Source of the DNA: Alphaproteobacteria bacterium
GTDB lineage: Bacteria; Pseudomonadota; Alphaproteobacteria; MPNO01; UBA830
Reading direction: 5' to 3'
Length of the DNA: 64,000 nucleotides
Assembly: GCA_038146925.1 (NCBI GenBank)
Contig: JAYQSP010000009.1
Location: 4,265-68,264, forward strand
A program made the position numbers and the translations under genes. This document shows, piece after piece, positions 27,538 through 35,976 of this stretch (its first letter is position 1; each line of letters opens with the position of its first letter). Below the pieces are notes generated by a model. That model was given only the letters and a program-made list of their open reading frames with translations, ran no database searches and was not told the DNA's origin.

Positions 27538-28097
27538 CCCATCCTTTCCAGGTCGAACCCGTGCGTCAGGGTGCCTAAGCCGCCTTCCAGCGCGACTTCG
27601 AACCGGTCCGCGTCGACGCTTTCTCCCAGTCCTGCGGGATGGCCTATGAAGACGGCGGTGCCCGGTTTCAGCCCGGCGGCATTACCCAGCGATTTCATGA
27701 CGTCCGACGGAGTCATCAGGGCCGACAGTTCCTCGGTCACGAAGCCCGTCCTTTGTCCGGCCCGCACCGTCCAGGAGCGCAGCACGATATCGCCGTAGCC
27801 GTTGCGGATATCGTCATAACGCCAGGCGGCTCTGGCCAGCGGCAGAACATCCCGCGCGATCACGCCGACCGACACCAGCATCCCGAAACTCGCCGCCACC
27901 AGCACCACGGCCGGCGCGCCGAGCGGCGCTTCGACAGGTTCCTGGATGACGGTGGACGACGTCAGGCGCGCGACCGGCTCCGCCTCCAGCCCGGACGATG
28001 TCATGGTCGCATAGACCCGGTCGATGGCGATATCGGGAGTGATCACCGTGCCGTCGGATTGTACGACGTGGGGCTGGAAGACAAAGCTGCTGGACAT
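27534..28097 (-). CDS. Divergent DUF2848-like (FAH-fold) protein
   Basis: LARAAW...I...YGDIVLRSW......F..E.LSAL..P, G..VF.G pattern resembles DUF2848, but the SDHTDR segment is absent. Confidence 0.5.
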   Translation of the reverse strand: MSSSFVFQPHVVQSDGTVITPDIAIDRVYATMTSSGLEAEPVARLTSSTVIQEPVEAPLGAPAVVLVAASFGMLVSVGVIARDVLPLARAAWRYDDIRNGYGDIVLRSWTVRAGQRTGFVTEELSALMTPSDVMKSLGNAAGLKPGTAVFIGHPAGLGESVDADRFEVALEGGLGTLTHGFDLERMG

Positions 28098-28152
28098 GCG
28101 CAAAGCGTAGCGCATTATCGGCCCCGGTTGAACGCAGGAAAAGGAAAGACGG

Positions 28153-29139
28153 ATGCGTCTGGTCACCTACAACCGCGCGGGACGGGACCGTGTCGGCGCC
28201 TTCATCGACGACGACCGTAACGTTCTGGATCTCGCGAGCGCCCATGAAACCGTTCATGGCCAAAAGACCCGGATGTTCGAAACGATGCTGACGCTGATCG
28301 ATGCGGAAAGCGCGGCACTGGCGGCGGCGCAGACGCTTGTCGATACGGCGCCGGCCGAAGCCGTGCACGAAACCGGGGCCGTGACCCTGCGGTCGCCCCT
28401 GCCACGCCCCCGTCAGATGCGCGATTTCATGGCTTATGAAGGCCACGCCCGCGGTGCGCGGGAAGTCCATTTCCGGAAATCGGCGGCAAAGAAGGACGAC
28501 CCCGAAGCGGCGATGGAAACCTATCGCGCGCGCGGCCAGCTCGACCCGCCGCCGGTGTGGTTCGAACAGCCGGTCTATTTCAAATGCAACCGGCTTAACG
28601 TCATCGGACCCGGCGAAGACATCGTCTATCCATCGGCGACGTCGGAGCTGGACTACGAGCTGGAACTCGCCTTCGTCATCGGGCGCAAGGGCAGGAACAT
28701 CTCCCTGGACGCCGCCCGCGCCCATATTTTCGGATACACGATTTACAACGACGTCAGCGCGCGCGACATCCAGATCAACGAAATGCGCGGCCAGCTCGGC
28801 CCCGCCAAGGGCAAGGATTTCGATACCGGCAATATCCTCGGCCCCTGCATCGTGACGGCGGACGAAATCCCCGATCCATACGATCTCGACATGTGTGCGC
28901 GGCTCAACGGCGAGGAACTGTCGCGTGGGCGGTCAGGCGATCTGTATCATTCGTTCGAACGCATGATCGAACATGTCAGCCGCGACGAAACCATCTGGCC
29001 GGGCGAAGTGTTCGGCGCCGGCACCATCGGCGGCGGTTCCGGTCATGAACACGACCGATTGCTTCAGGTCGGCGACACGGTAGAACTCGAGATCGAAAAG
29101 ATCGGCGTGCTGCGGAATACCGTCGTGGCGGGGGAATGA
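28153..29139 (+). CDS. Fumarylacetoacetate hydrolase family protein
   Basis: QMRDFMAYE.H, P.YFKCN, LDYELELA.VIG, IFGYTIYND.SARD.Q, KGKDFD, GE..GAGT. Confidence 0.92.
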   Translation: MRLVTYNRAGRDRVGAFIDDDRNVLDLASAHETVHGQKTRMFETMLTLIDAESAALAAAQTLVDTAPAEAVHETGAVTLRSPLPRPRQMRDFMAYEGHARGAREVHFRKSAAKKDDPEAAMETYRARGQLDPPPVWFEQPVYFKCNRLNVIGPGEDIVYPSATSELDYELELAFVIGRKGRNISLDAARAHIFGYTIYNDVSARDIQINEMRGQLGPAKGKDFDTGNILGPCIVTADEIPDPYDLDMCARLNGEELSRGRSGDLYHSFERMIEHVSRDETIWPGEVFGAGTIGGGSGHEHDRLLQVGDTVELEIEKIGVLRNTVVAGE

Positions 29140-29148
29140 CGCAAAATT

Positions 29149-29175
29149 GTCCCCCTCCCCCGAGGGGAGAGGAGA
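29149..29175. repeat. Degenerate family B palindrome between convergent genes
   Basis: CCCCCTCCCCCGAGGGGAGAGG. Confidence 0.5.
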
Positions 29176-29202
29176 CTTTGAATATTTTCGGTCCCGCGCC
29201 CC

Positions 29203-30144
29203 CTACCCCAGCTCTTCGCGAATGCGGATCAGCTCTTCCATCTGGGCGGCGTCGTCGCTGCCGGTGAAGCGGATGCACATATGGGAGGCCCCGCCAGCGG
29301 CGAATTCGGCGAGCCAGTCGACCGCCCCGGCGCGGCTGCCGGCGAAGCAATACTGCTGGGTACGGATTTCCTCTGCCGGGCGCAGGTAATAGCCTTCGAG
29401 ATAACCGTCCAGCTCGGCATCGGCCGCTGCCTGGTCGTCACTGACGGAGATCGTCACATAAGCGGCGCCGGTAATATCGGCGGGATCCCGTCCCGCCTCC
29501 CGGGCGAACTGCTGCACCCCTTTCCAGCCCTCGGTCCAGTCCTTGCCGGTGCCGGCGCCGGACGGGAACCAGCCGTCGAAGTAACGGCCAGCCCTCTTCA
29601 GCGCGGCCTCCACTCCGCCGCCGGACCAGATGGCCGGACCGCCAGGCGTATACGGCACGGGCGCCAGCTCGCCCTGCCTGACCGTCCACAGGCCGTCCCA
29701 GTCGACCGGTTCGCCTTTCCACAGCGCACGGCACAACCGCATCTGTTCGAGCATGCGCCCGATGCGTTTTTCGAACGGCACGCCGGCGGCTTCGAACTCG
29801 TTGCGGATTGCCGGCACGTCGCGCGCGGTCCCGATGCCGAGAATCATGCGCCCTTCCGCGATCTGATCCAGCGTCGCCACCTGATGGGCCAACAGCACCG
29901 GATTGCGCAGCATGGGCAGCAGGACGGCCGTACCCATCTTCACGCGCTTGGTACGTCCGGCAATCGCGCCGATCAGGGCGAGCGGATCGTGCCGCGGTTT
30001 CGCCAGCAGGGAATCGCCTATCCAGACGCTGTCGACGCCCAGCTCGTCCGCCAGGTCGCCAAGCGCGAGAATTTCCTGAACTTCATGCTTGCCGACCATG
30101 ATGCGTTCGCGCGTCGGCAGCAGATACCCAAGTTGTAGTGACAT
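29203..30144 (-). CDS. LLM class flavin-dependent oxidoreductase
   Basis: DSVWIGDSLLAKPR.DPL, GTAVL...RNPVLLAHQVATLDQI..GR.ILG.G, DGWFP. Confidence 0.92.
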   Translation of the reverse strand: MSLQLGYLLPTRERIMVGKHEVQEILALGDLADELGVDSVWIGDSLLAKPRHDPLALIGAIAGRTKRVKMGTAVLLPMLRNPVLLAHQVATLDQIAEGRMILGIGTARDVPAIRNEFEAAGVPFEKRIGRMLEQMRLCRALWKGEPVDWDGLWTVRQGELAPVPYTPGGPAIWSGGGVEAALKRAGRYFDGWFPSGAGTGKDWTEGWKGVQQFAREAGRDPADITGAAYVTISVSDDQAAADAELDGYLEGYYLRPAEEIRTQQYCFAGSRAGAVDWLAEFAAGGASHMCIRFTGSDDAAQMEELIRIREELG

Positions 30145-30162
30145 GTTCAGAGCTCTCTTTGC

Positions 30163-31752
30163 TTATCTCGTTAATACCGTGAACCTGGCGTCTCCGTCCG
30201 CCTCGATCTGAGCCGGCAGGTTTTCTTCCCACTCCAGATAGGCGAGCGCGGCTTCGTCGCTCCCCATGTGCCGCTTCGACACCCAGAACAGGTAATCGAT
30301 ACAGTCCGCATCGGGTGGCGTATCCGGCGAGGCTTCGACCGGCAGCCCCGCTGCGACCCAGGCTTCGCGCCCGCCCTGCAGAACCGCGATGGAAGTGTCG
30401 ACAACCTCCGACAGATCGATAGCGGCTAGCCGGGCGCGGGTCTCGTGTTCTGAATAAAGCACTACCTGCACACCGGCCGGCACCTCCAGCCGGTCGATCC
30501 GCGGACGAATGCTCCACACCGCGCCGGGCAGGTGCGCATCGCGGTAATCCATCGAATGATCGACGTCGACCACCAGTACCGACCCGCCGCCGATGGCGTT
30601 GGACAGTTCCGCCGGCGTCACCATTTCGAGATCGATAGCGCCAGCCGCCGGAAGCGGCGGAAGCCCTTTCTCCGACGCTTCGGAGGGATCCAGCCCGCCA
30701 TCCAGGATGTGCACGTCCCAGCCCATCTGTTTCAGCCAGTGCGCGGTGATCGCGGCACGGGCGCAGGGCGCGGTGTCGATCAGCACGACGCGCGCGCCCC
30801 AGACGCCGCACCATTGGTCGGTTGCCTGAACCAGCTGGCCTCCCGGCGCATGGACCGAGCCCGGCAAATGTCCGTCGATATATTCGCCCTCGGCCCGCAC
30901 GTCGAGCAGGAACAGGGTCCGCGCATCGTCGCCCTGCCAGGCTGCCAGGGTTTCTCGGCCGACGCTCGGCAGGCCGAATTTTTCCATCACGTCGGCGGCA
31001 TATTCGGCGGCCTTCGCCGCGCCGTGCTCGGTCGGCGTATCGGGATATTTCAGCGTCGAGCCATGCTCAAGCTCGAACCCGGCAAGCGTCCAGCCCATGG
31101 TGCCGGCTTTCAGGGCCACCACCTTGTTCGGCAGGCCCGCATTGATCAGCGCCTGGGCCCCGATGATCGACCGGGTGCGCCCGGCGCAGTTCACCACCAC
31201 CGTGGTTTCGGGATCGGGCGCCAGATCGTGAATGCGGTAGATCATCTCGGCATTGGGGACGCTGATGCCGCCTGGGATGGACATGCGGTTATGTTCCGCC
31301 GGCGTGCGCCCGTCGACGATCACCATGTTCTCGCCGGCTTCCATCATCGCGTTCAGTTCTTCGGCCGGGATGCGCGGCGTGTCGGCGGCGTGTTCGACCA
31401 CCTCGCCAAACGCTTTCGACGGCACGTTGACGCCCTGGAACACCTCGTACCCCGCCTCGGCCCAGGCTGCGTTTCCGCCGCGCAGAATGGATATATCGGT
31501 ATACCCCATGGCTTCGAGCCGACGCGCCGATTTCTGCGCCGTGCCGTCGCCCGCATCGACCAGTGCCACGCGGACGGTCGTGCGCGGCGCCAGCAACAGG
31601 GCACGCGTTTCTATGATACTGTACGGGCAGGGGATCGCATGGAGCATGTGATCCTCGCCGAACTGCCCGGCTTCGCGCACGTCAAGCAGCGCAAGTTCCT
31701 TGTCGTCCTTGATCCATGATTTCAGGGTCGGTGCGTCGATAAATTCAGCCAT
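30163..31752 (-). CDS. Four-domain rhodanese-like sulfurtransferase
   Basis: Repeated LDVRE/DGRT/LDVRA..H.PG motifs; GVNVPSKAFGE.VE; catalytic-type loop VNCAGRTRSIIG in domain 2. Confidence 0.88.
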   Translation of the reverse strand: MAEFIDAPTLKSWIKDDKELALLDVREAGQFGEDHMLHAIPCPYSIIETRALLLAPRTTVRVALVDAGDGTAQKSARRLEAMGYTDISILRGGNAAWAEAGYEVFQGVNVPSKAFGEVVEHAADTPRIPAEELNAMMEAGENMVIVDGRTPAEHNRMSIPGGISVPNAEMIYRIHDLAPDPETTVVVNCAGRTRSIIGAQALINAGLPNKVVALKAGTMGWTLAGFELEHGSTLKYPDTPTEHGAAKAAEYAADVMEKFGLPSVGRETLAAWQGDDARTLFLLDVRAEGEYIDGHLPGSVHAPGGQLVQATDQWCGVWGARVVLIDTAPCARAAITAHWLKQMGWDVHILDGGLDPSEASEKGLPPLPAAGAIDLEMVTPAELSNAIGGGSVLVVDVDHSMDYRDAHLPGAVWSIRPRIDRLEVPAGVQVVLYSEHETRARLAAIDLSEVVDTSIAVLQGGREAWVAAGLPVEASPDTPPDADCIDYLFWVSKRHMGSDEAALAYLEWEENLPAQIEADGDARFTVLTR

Positions 31753-31819
31753 CTTTCCAATCTCTGTCGGTTGCAGCTATTGGTGACATCTCGGCGAAAC
31801 GAACGCAAGTAAGGTGCCC

Positions 31820-32236
31820 ATGAGTTCCGCAATTCCCATCACCCGCATCGGCACATCCCGGCTGTCCAACACGCGCTGCCGGTCCATCGTGCATCAGGGT
31901 GTGCTGACCACCGTCGCCGTCGCCCCGGAAACGCCGCCCGATCTGTACGCCCAATCTCGCGATGCGCTGGCCGTTCTCGACGCAAACCTGGCGGAAGCCG
32001 GCAGCGACAAATCGCGGATTCTGATGGTGATGATCTACCTGCAGAACGTCGACGCAAAGCCGGACTTCAACCGCGCCTGGGACGACTGGGTAGACCGCGG
32101 GAACCTGCCGCTCCGCGCCTGCGTCGGCGCGCCGCTGAAAGGCGACTTCCTGGTCGAAATCGTCGCGACGGCGCTCTTGATCCCGTATCCGGACATGCCA
32201 TCGGCGTTGACCGTTTTGACGGTGGACAGGGTATGA
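31820..32236 (+). CDS. RidA family (YoaB-like) protein with C-terminal read-through
   Basis: Q...AL..LD..L.EAGSDKSRIL...IYL, FN..WD.W, P.RACV.A.L, VEIVATA; about 20 extra C-terminal residues. Confidence 0.85.
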   Translation: MSSAIPITRIGTSRLSNTRCRSIVHQGVLTTVAVAPETPPDLYAQSRDALAVLDANLAEAGSDKSRILMVMIYLQNVDAKPDFNRAWDDWVDRGNLPLRACVGAPLKGDFLVEIVATALLIPYPDMPSALTVLTVDRV

Positions 32237-32590
32237 AGCGCCAAAACAACAAGAAGGGCGCCAGCCCCGAAACACAGAGCAGTCACGATATTTTCGACTG
32301 TCGCCAGTTTCGCTTCCTGTTTCATTCTAAATACGAAATCGGTGAAAGTGATCGTTTTCAACCAGGACCTGGAAGCGGAATGGGGATTGTCCTTCCTCGA
32401 CTTTCTCAAAACCCATGAGAACACGGCCGATATTCCGGTCATCCTGTTGAGCCAGACATCCGCCCGCTTCGCGCCACGCATCGAAGACGTCGCCGACGAC
32501 ACAAAGTGTTTCCAGAAACCCATCGCAATCGAGCCCTTCGTGGAACATTTCCAGAAGGTGATCGGCGAAAACCAGACAGCGGTTTCCTGA
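32195..32590 (+). pseudogene. Response-regulator receiver domain interrupted by in-frame TGA
   Basis: MPSALTVLTVD-RV-stop(32234-32236)-...VKVIVFN...GLSFLDFLK...ADIPVILLS...KCFQKP all in one frame. Confidence 0.6.
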
Positions 32591-32610
32591 CACCGATCTT
32601 TCCTCTCCAT

Positions 32611-32664
32611 TTGACGCCCCCTCCCTTTGAACTATTCTCCCCGTTTCGACGGGGAGATTTTTTT
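32611..32664 (+). terminator. Intrinsic-terminator-like hairpin overlapping the promoter and RBS of the next gene
   Basis: TCTCCCCGT-TTCG-ACGGGGAGA-T7 (32636-32664) directly before ATG 32665; TTGACG-N16-TATTCT at 32611-32638. Confidence 0.7.
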
Positions 32665-33327
32665 ATGGCCGAACGCATTTCAGTAAGCGCTTCCGACGGA
32701 CATGTTCTGGACGCCTGGCGGGCGGATCCGGCGGAAACACCCAAAGGCGGTATAGTCTTTCTGCAGGCGATTTACGGCCTCACCGACCATCTCGGCGACG
32801 TGTGCGACTGGTTCGCGGAGGACGGTTTCAGCGCCATCGCACCGGCGACCTACGACCGCACGGAGCGCAACAAGGTCTTCGCCTATGACGACCATGGCGG
32901 CATGCAGTTTCGCGAAAACCTGAAGGAAGAAACCGTCCTCCTCGATATCGCCGCCTGCGCGGACCTGCTCCGCCAAAAAACGGACAAGATCGCCATTTCC
33001 GGGTTCTGCACCGGCGGCACGTGGGCGTGGATCGCCGCGGACCGACTGGATATGGACGCCGCGGTCGTTTTCTATGGCAGCGACATCCACGACAATCTCG
33101 ACCGGCGGCCGAATTGTCCCGCCATTCTGCACTACGGCGATGCCGATCACGTCGTGCCGTTCGACCTCGTCCAGAAGATACAGGCCACCTATCCCGATAC
33201 CGAGTTCCACGTCTATCCGGGCGCCGGTCACGCTTTCTACAACCCGGAACAGGCGCACCACGACGCGGACGCCGCCAGGCTGGCGCATCAACGCTCGGTC
33301 GCATTCCTCGAAAAGCATTTTGCCTGA
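32665..33327 (+). CDS. Dienelactone hydrolase family protein
   Basis: GFCTGG nucleophile, FYGS, HYGD.DH, YPGAGHAF; start refined to MAERI. Confidence 0.92.
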   Translation: MAERISVSASDGHVLDAWRADPAETPKGGIVFLQAIYGLTDHLGDVCDWFAEDGFSAIAPATYDRTERNKVFAYDDHGGMQFRENLKEETVLLDIAACADLLRQKTDKIAISGFCTGGTWAWIAADRLDMDAAVVFYGSDIHDNLDRRPNCPAILHYGDADHVVPFDLVQKIQATYPDTEFHVYPGAGHAFYNPEQAHHDADAARLAHQRSVAFLEKHFA

Positions 33328-33333
33328 CACCGG

Positions 33334-33567
33334 ATGATCGACCGAAGCAACCGGCTGGTGCTGGCGTCGCTGGAGGACGGGACCGGGCTGCGCTGCGTCG
33401 ATGTTTACCGCACCCGCGACGGTGCGGTGCTGTGGGACGAATGGCGCCGCGATCCGGAAGACCCGTCCGGCTGGCACGCGACCGGACGGCGCGCCGCTTC
33501 AACATTTGACGACGAAAGCACCGCCCGGCACGCTGCAGCGGCCACGATCGAGTGGCTGGCGGATTAG
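33334..33567 (+). CDS. Small hypothetical protein
   Basis: 77 aa; SLED..G.RCVD.....DG.....EWRRDPED..GW pattern, closely spaced after the hydrolase. Confidence 0.65.
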   Translation: MIDRSNRLVLASLEDGTGLRCVDVYRTRDGAVLWDEWRRDPEDPSGWHATGRRAASTFDDESTARHAAAATIEWLAD

Positions 33568-34493
33568 CTGCCGGCTTTTTTACGGGCTTCCAGACGGGCG
33601 ATGAAACTTGTCGAGCCGACGATGACCAGCGCGCCGACAATCGTCCAGATGTCCGGGATCTCGCCGAAGATGGCGAAACCGAACGCCGCTGCGAAAACCA
33701 GGCGGATATACTCGGTCGGTCCGATCACGCTCGCCTCCCCGACCGCAAACCCCCGGATAAACCCGATCATGCCGACGGCGGTCAGAAACCCGATGGCCAG
33801 CGCCATCAGCCACGAGACGAGATCCGGCGGCGTCTGCCACAGGATGATCGTCGGCGGCAGGAACACCAGAATGCCACCCGCCTGATAGTAGAACAGTATC
33901 CGGTTGGGCGGCTCGGTCGTGGACATGATCTTGATCAGCACGTTGGCGATCGCGAACGTACATGCCGCGCCAATGGCGACGAACACGACGGGATCAATCT
34001 CGCCGCCGGGCCGCACCATGACAATGACCCCGACGAAGCCGGCAATAGTCGCCGACCAGCGGCTGCCGCTGACAATTTCGCGCAGAAATATAACGGCGAT
34101 GACGGTGGTGAACAGGATGCGGGAAAACGCCAGCGCCGTCGCGTCTGCCAGCGGCAGATAGACGACGGAGGTATAGACGCCGACCTGCGCGATACAGGCC
34201 AGGATCAGGCGGACGAAATGGATGCCCGGGCGACTTGTTCTGAGCTCTCCAACGCCCATCCGCATGAAAAACGGCACCATCAGCATAAATCCGATACCGT
34301 AGCGGAAGAACGCCATCTGGAACGGAGACATCGTCTGCCCCAGCGACTTGACGAAGAGATCGTTCACCGCGAAGGCGAGCGTACCCATCACAAGCCAGAG
34401 GATGCCGCGCAGGTTCGGCGGCAAACGCGTCCATCGGGATGTCAGGGCCTGAAACAATCGAGCGGTCTTTCGAATATGACGGATATATAGCAT
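33564..34493 (-). CDS. DMT (EamA-like) transporter
   Basis: About 10 TM segments; FLREIV...RW.A..AGF.GV..M.RPG, GEASVIGP.EY.RLVFA; start uncertain (34458-34493). Confidence 0.9.
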   Translation of the reverse strand: MLYIRHIRKTARLFQALTSRWTRLPPNLRGILWLVMGTLAFAVNDLFVKSLGQTMSPFQMAFFRYGIGFMLMVPFFMRMGVGELRTSRPGIHFVRLILACIAQVGVYTSVVYLPLADATALAFSRILFTTVIAVIFLREIVSGSRWSATIAGFVGVIVMVRPGGEIDPVVFVAIGAACTFAIANVLIKIMSTTEPPNRILFYYQAGGILVFLPPTIILWQTPPDLVSWLMALAIGFLTAVGMIGFIRGFAVGEASVIGPTEYIRLVFAAAFGFAIFGEIPDIWTIVGALVIVGSTSFIARLEARKKAGS

Positions 34494-34775
34494 ACCCGTT
34501 GCCGGATATTGCCGCAGCGGCGTCACGCAACACAACCACGGCAAAGAATCGGGGTCGGCAGTTTTGCCCATCAGGCAGTTGCCGTGCGAAGACCGTTCCG
34601 GGTTATCGAGGCAGCGGCTCCGATGAACAAGGAGTTAAAACCAGGCGAGGTCCACGGTCGCGGCAGTTTCTACAACGGATACCCGACGACCAAGCCTCGC
34701 CGGACCGAAGGCAGGAAACAGACAATACCAGCGAAAAGGGCGAAAACGGCCCGGCCTGCCGCACTTAAAGTCGCG

Positions 34776-34789
34776 TTCTATGCATAGAA
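34776..34789. promoter_or_regulatory. Perfect 14-bp palindrome upstream of bug gene
   Basis: TTCTATGCATAGAA in an AT-rich divergent region. Confidence 0.45.
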
Positions 34790-34879
34790 TTTATAGCAAT
34801 TGAGGTATAGGCCGATTTCTGTTGAAATCGCGCTGCGTTCAAACGCGGCCAAAAGGCCAATTAACAACCGGGAGGTACT

Positions 34880-35905
34880 ATGAAAAACATACTGATTAAA
34901 TCGCTTGCTGCAGCGGCACTCGTTGCCGGCAGCGTGACTGGCGCGCAAGCCCAATCGGCCGCCGATTTCTACAAGGGCAAACAGGTCAAGATCCTTATCG
35001 GATTCGGTGTCGGGGGAACCTACGGCAAGTATTCGACGATTCTGGCCGAACGGATCAAACCGCTGATCGGCGCCGGGTCGGTCGTCGTACAGTCGATGCC
35101 CGGCGGCGGCGGTCTGCGGATGACCAACTACGCCTACAATGTCGCTCCGAAAGACGGCTCGGTTCTGATGATGCCGCCGGACACGATTGTCGTCACGCAA
35201 CTGATGAAACCGAAAGCGGCGAAATTCGATGCCAGCAAGCTGACCTGGCTCGGCTCGGCGATCCAGGCGAACGCGACGATCGGCATCCGGGCGGATTCCG
35301 GTGTCACGAAAATAGAGCACGCAATGGAAAAGCAGGTCGCCATGGGCTCGTCCGGCATCGGCTCACAGACCTATCTGGTGCCGCAACTGACCAACGGACT
35401 GATCGGCACCAAGTTCAAGATCGTCAAGGGCTACAAGGGCTCGCGCAAGATGCAGCTGGCGATGGAACAGAACGAAGTCCAGGGCGTCAGCCTGACCTGG
35501 CTTGCCTGGAAAACCAACAAGCTTGACTGGTACCAGAAGGGCTTTGCCAAGATCATCCTGCAGATGGGACCGACGGACGAACCGGATCTGCCCGGCGTGC
35601 CGCAGCTTTCTTCGATGGTTTCCGACGCCGACAAACCGATTGTCAGCTTCATGTCCACGATGTCGCCGATCGGGCGCGGGCTCGCCGTTCCGCCGGGCGT
35701 GCCGCAGGACCGCATCGCGTTCCTTCGCGACGCGTTCAAGAAGGCCGTCACCGACCCGGCCTTCGCCGCGGCCGCCAAGGAGCGCAAGCTGCAGGTGAAT
35801 TACAAGTCCGGCGAAGAAATCCAGGGCATCGTGAACGACGCCGTGAAAACCGACGCCGCGCTGGTTAAACGCGCACAGACGATTCTGTTCGGCGGCGCTT
35901 CCTGA
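34880..35905 (+). CDS. Bug/TctC family tripartite tricarboxylate transporter substrate-binding protein
   Basis: Signal peptide, FYKGK.V.I.IG..GG..., MPGGGG...N..YN.AP.DG, GY.GS....LAME.NEV.G. Confidence 0.9.
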   Translation: MKNILIKSLAAAALVAGSVTGAQAQSAADFYKGKQVKILIGFGVGGTYGKYSTILAERIKPLIGAGSVVVQSMPGGGGLRMTNYAYNVAPKDGSVLMMPPDTIVVTQLMKPKAAKFDASKLTWLGSAIQANATIGIRADSGVTKIEHAMEKQVAMGSSGIGSQTYLVPQLTNGLIGTKFKIVKGYKGSRKMQLAMEQNEVQGVSLTWLAWKTNKLDWYQKGFAKIILQMGPTDEPDLPGVPQLSSMVSDADKPIVSFMSTMSPIGRGLAVPPGVPQDRIAFLRDAFKKAVTDPAFAAAAKERKLQVNYKSGEEIQGIVNDAVKTDAALVKRAQTILFGGAS

Positions 35906-35929
35906 TCCGCTGACCGTCTGGTAAAAATC

Positions 35930-35961
35930 AACGCCCCGGCCATTGGTCGGGGCGTTTTTTT
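35930..35961 (+). terminator. Rho-independent terminator
   Basis: AACGCCCCGGCC-ATT-GGTCGGGGCGTT followed by T run, preceded by A run. Confidence 0.85.
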
Positions 35962-35976
35962 ATAAAGGTACAGAAT

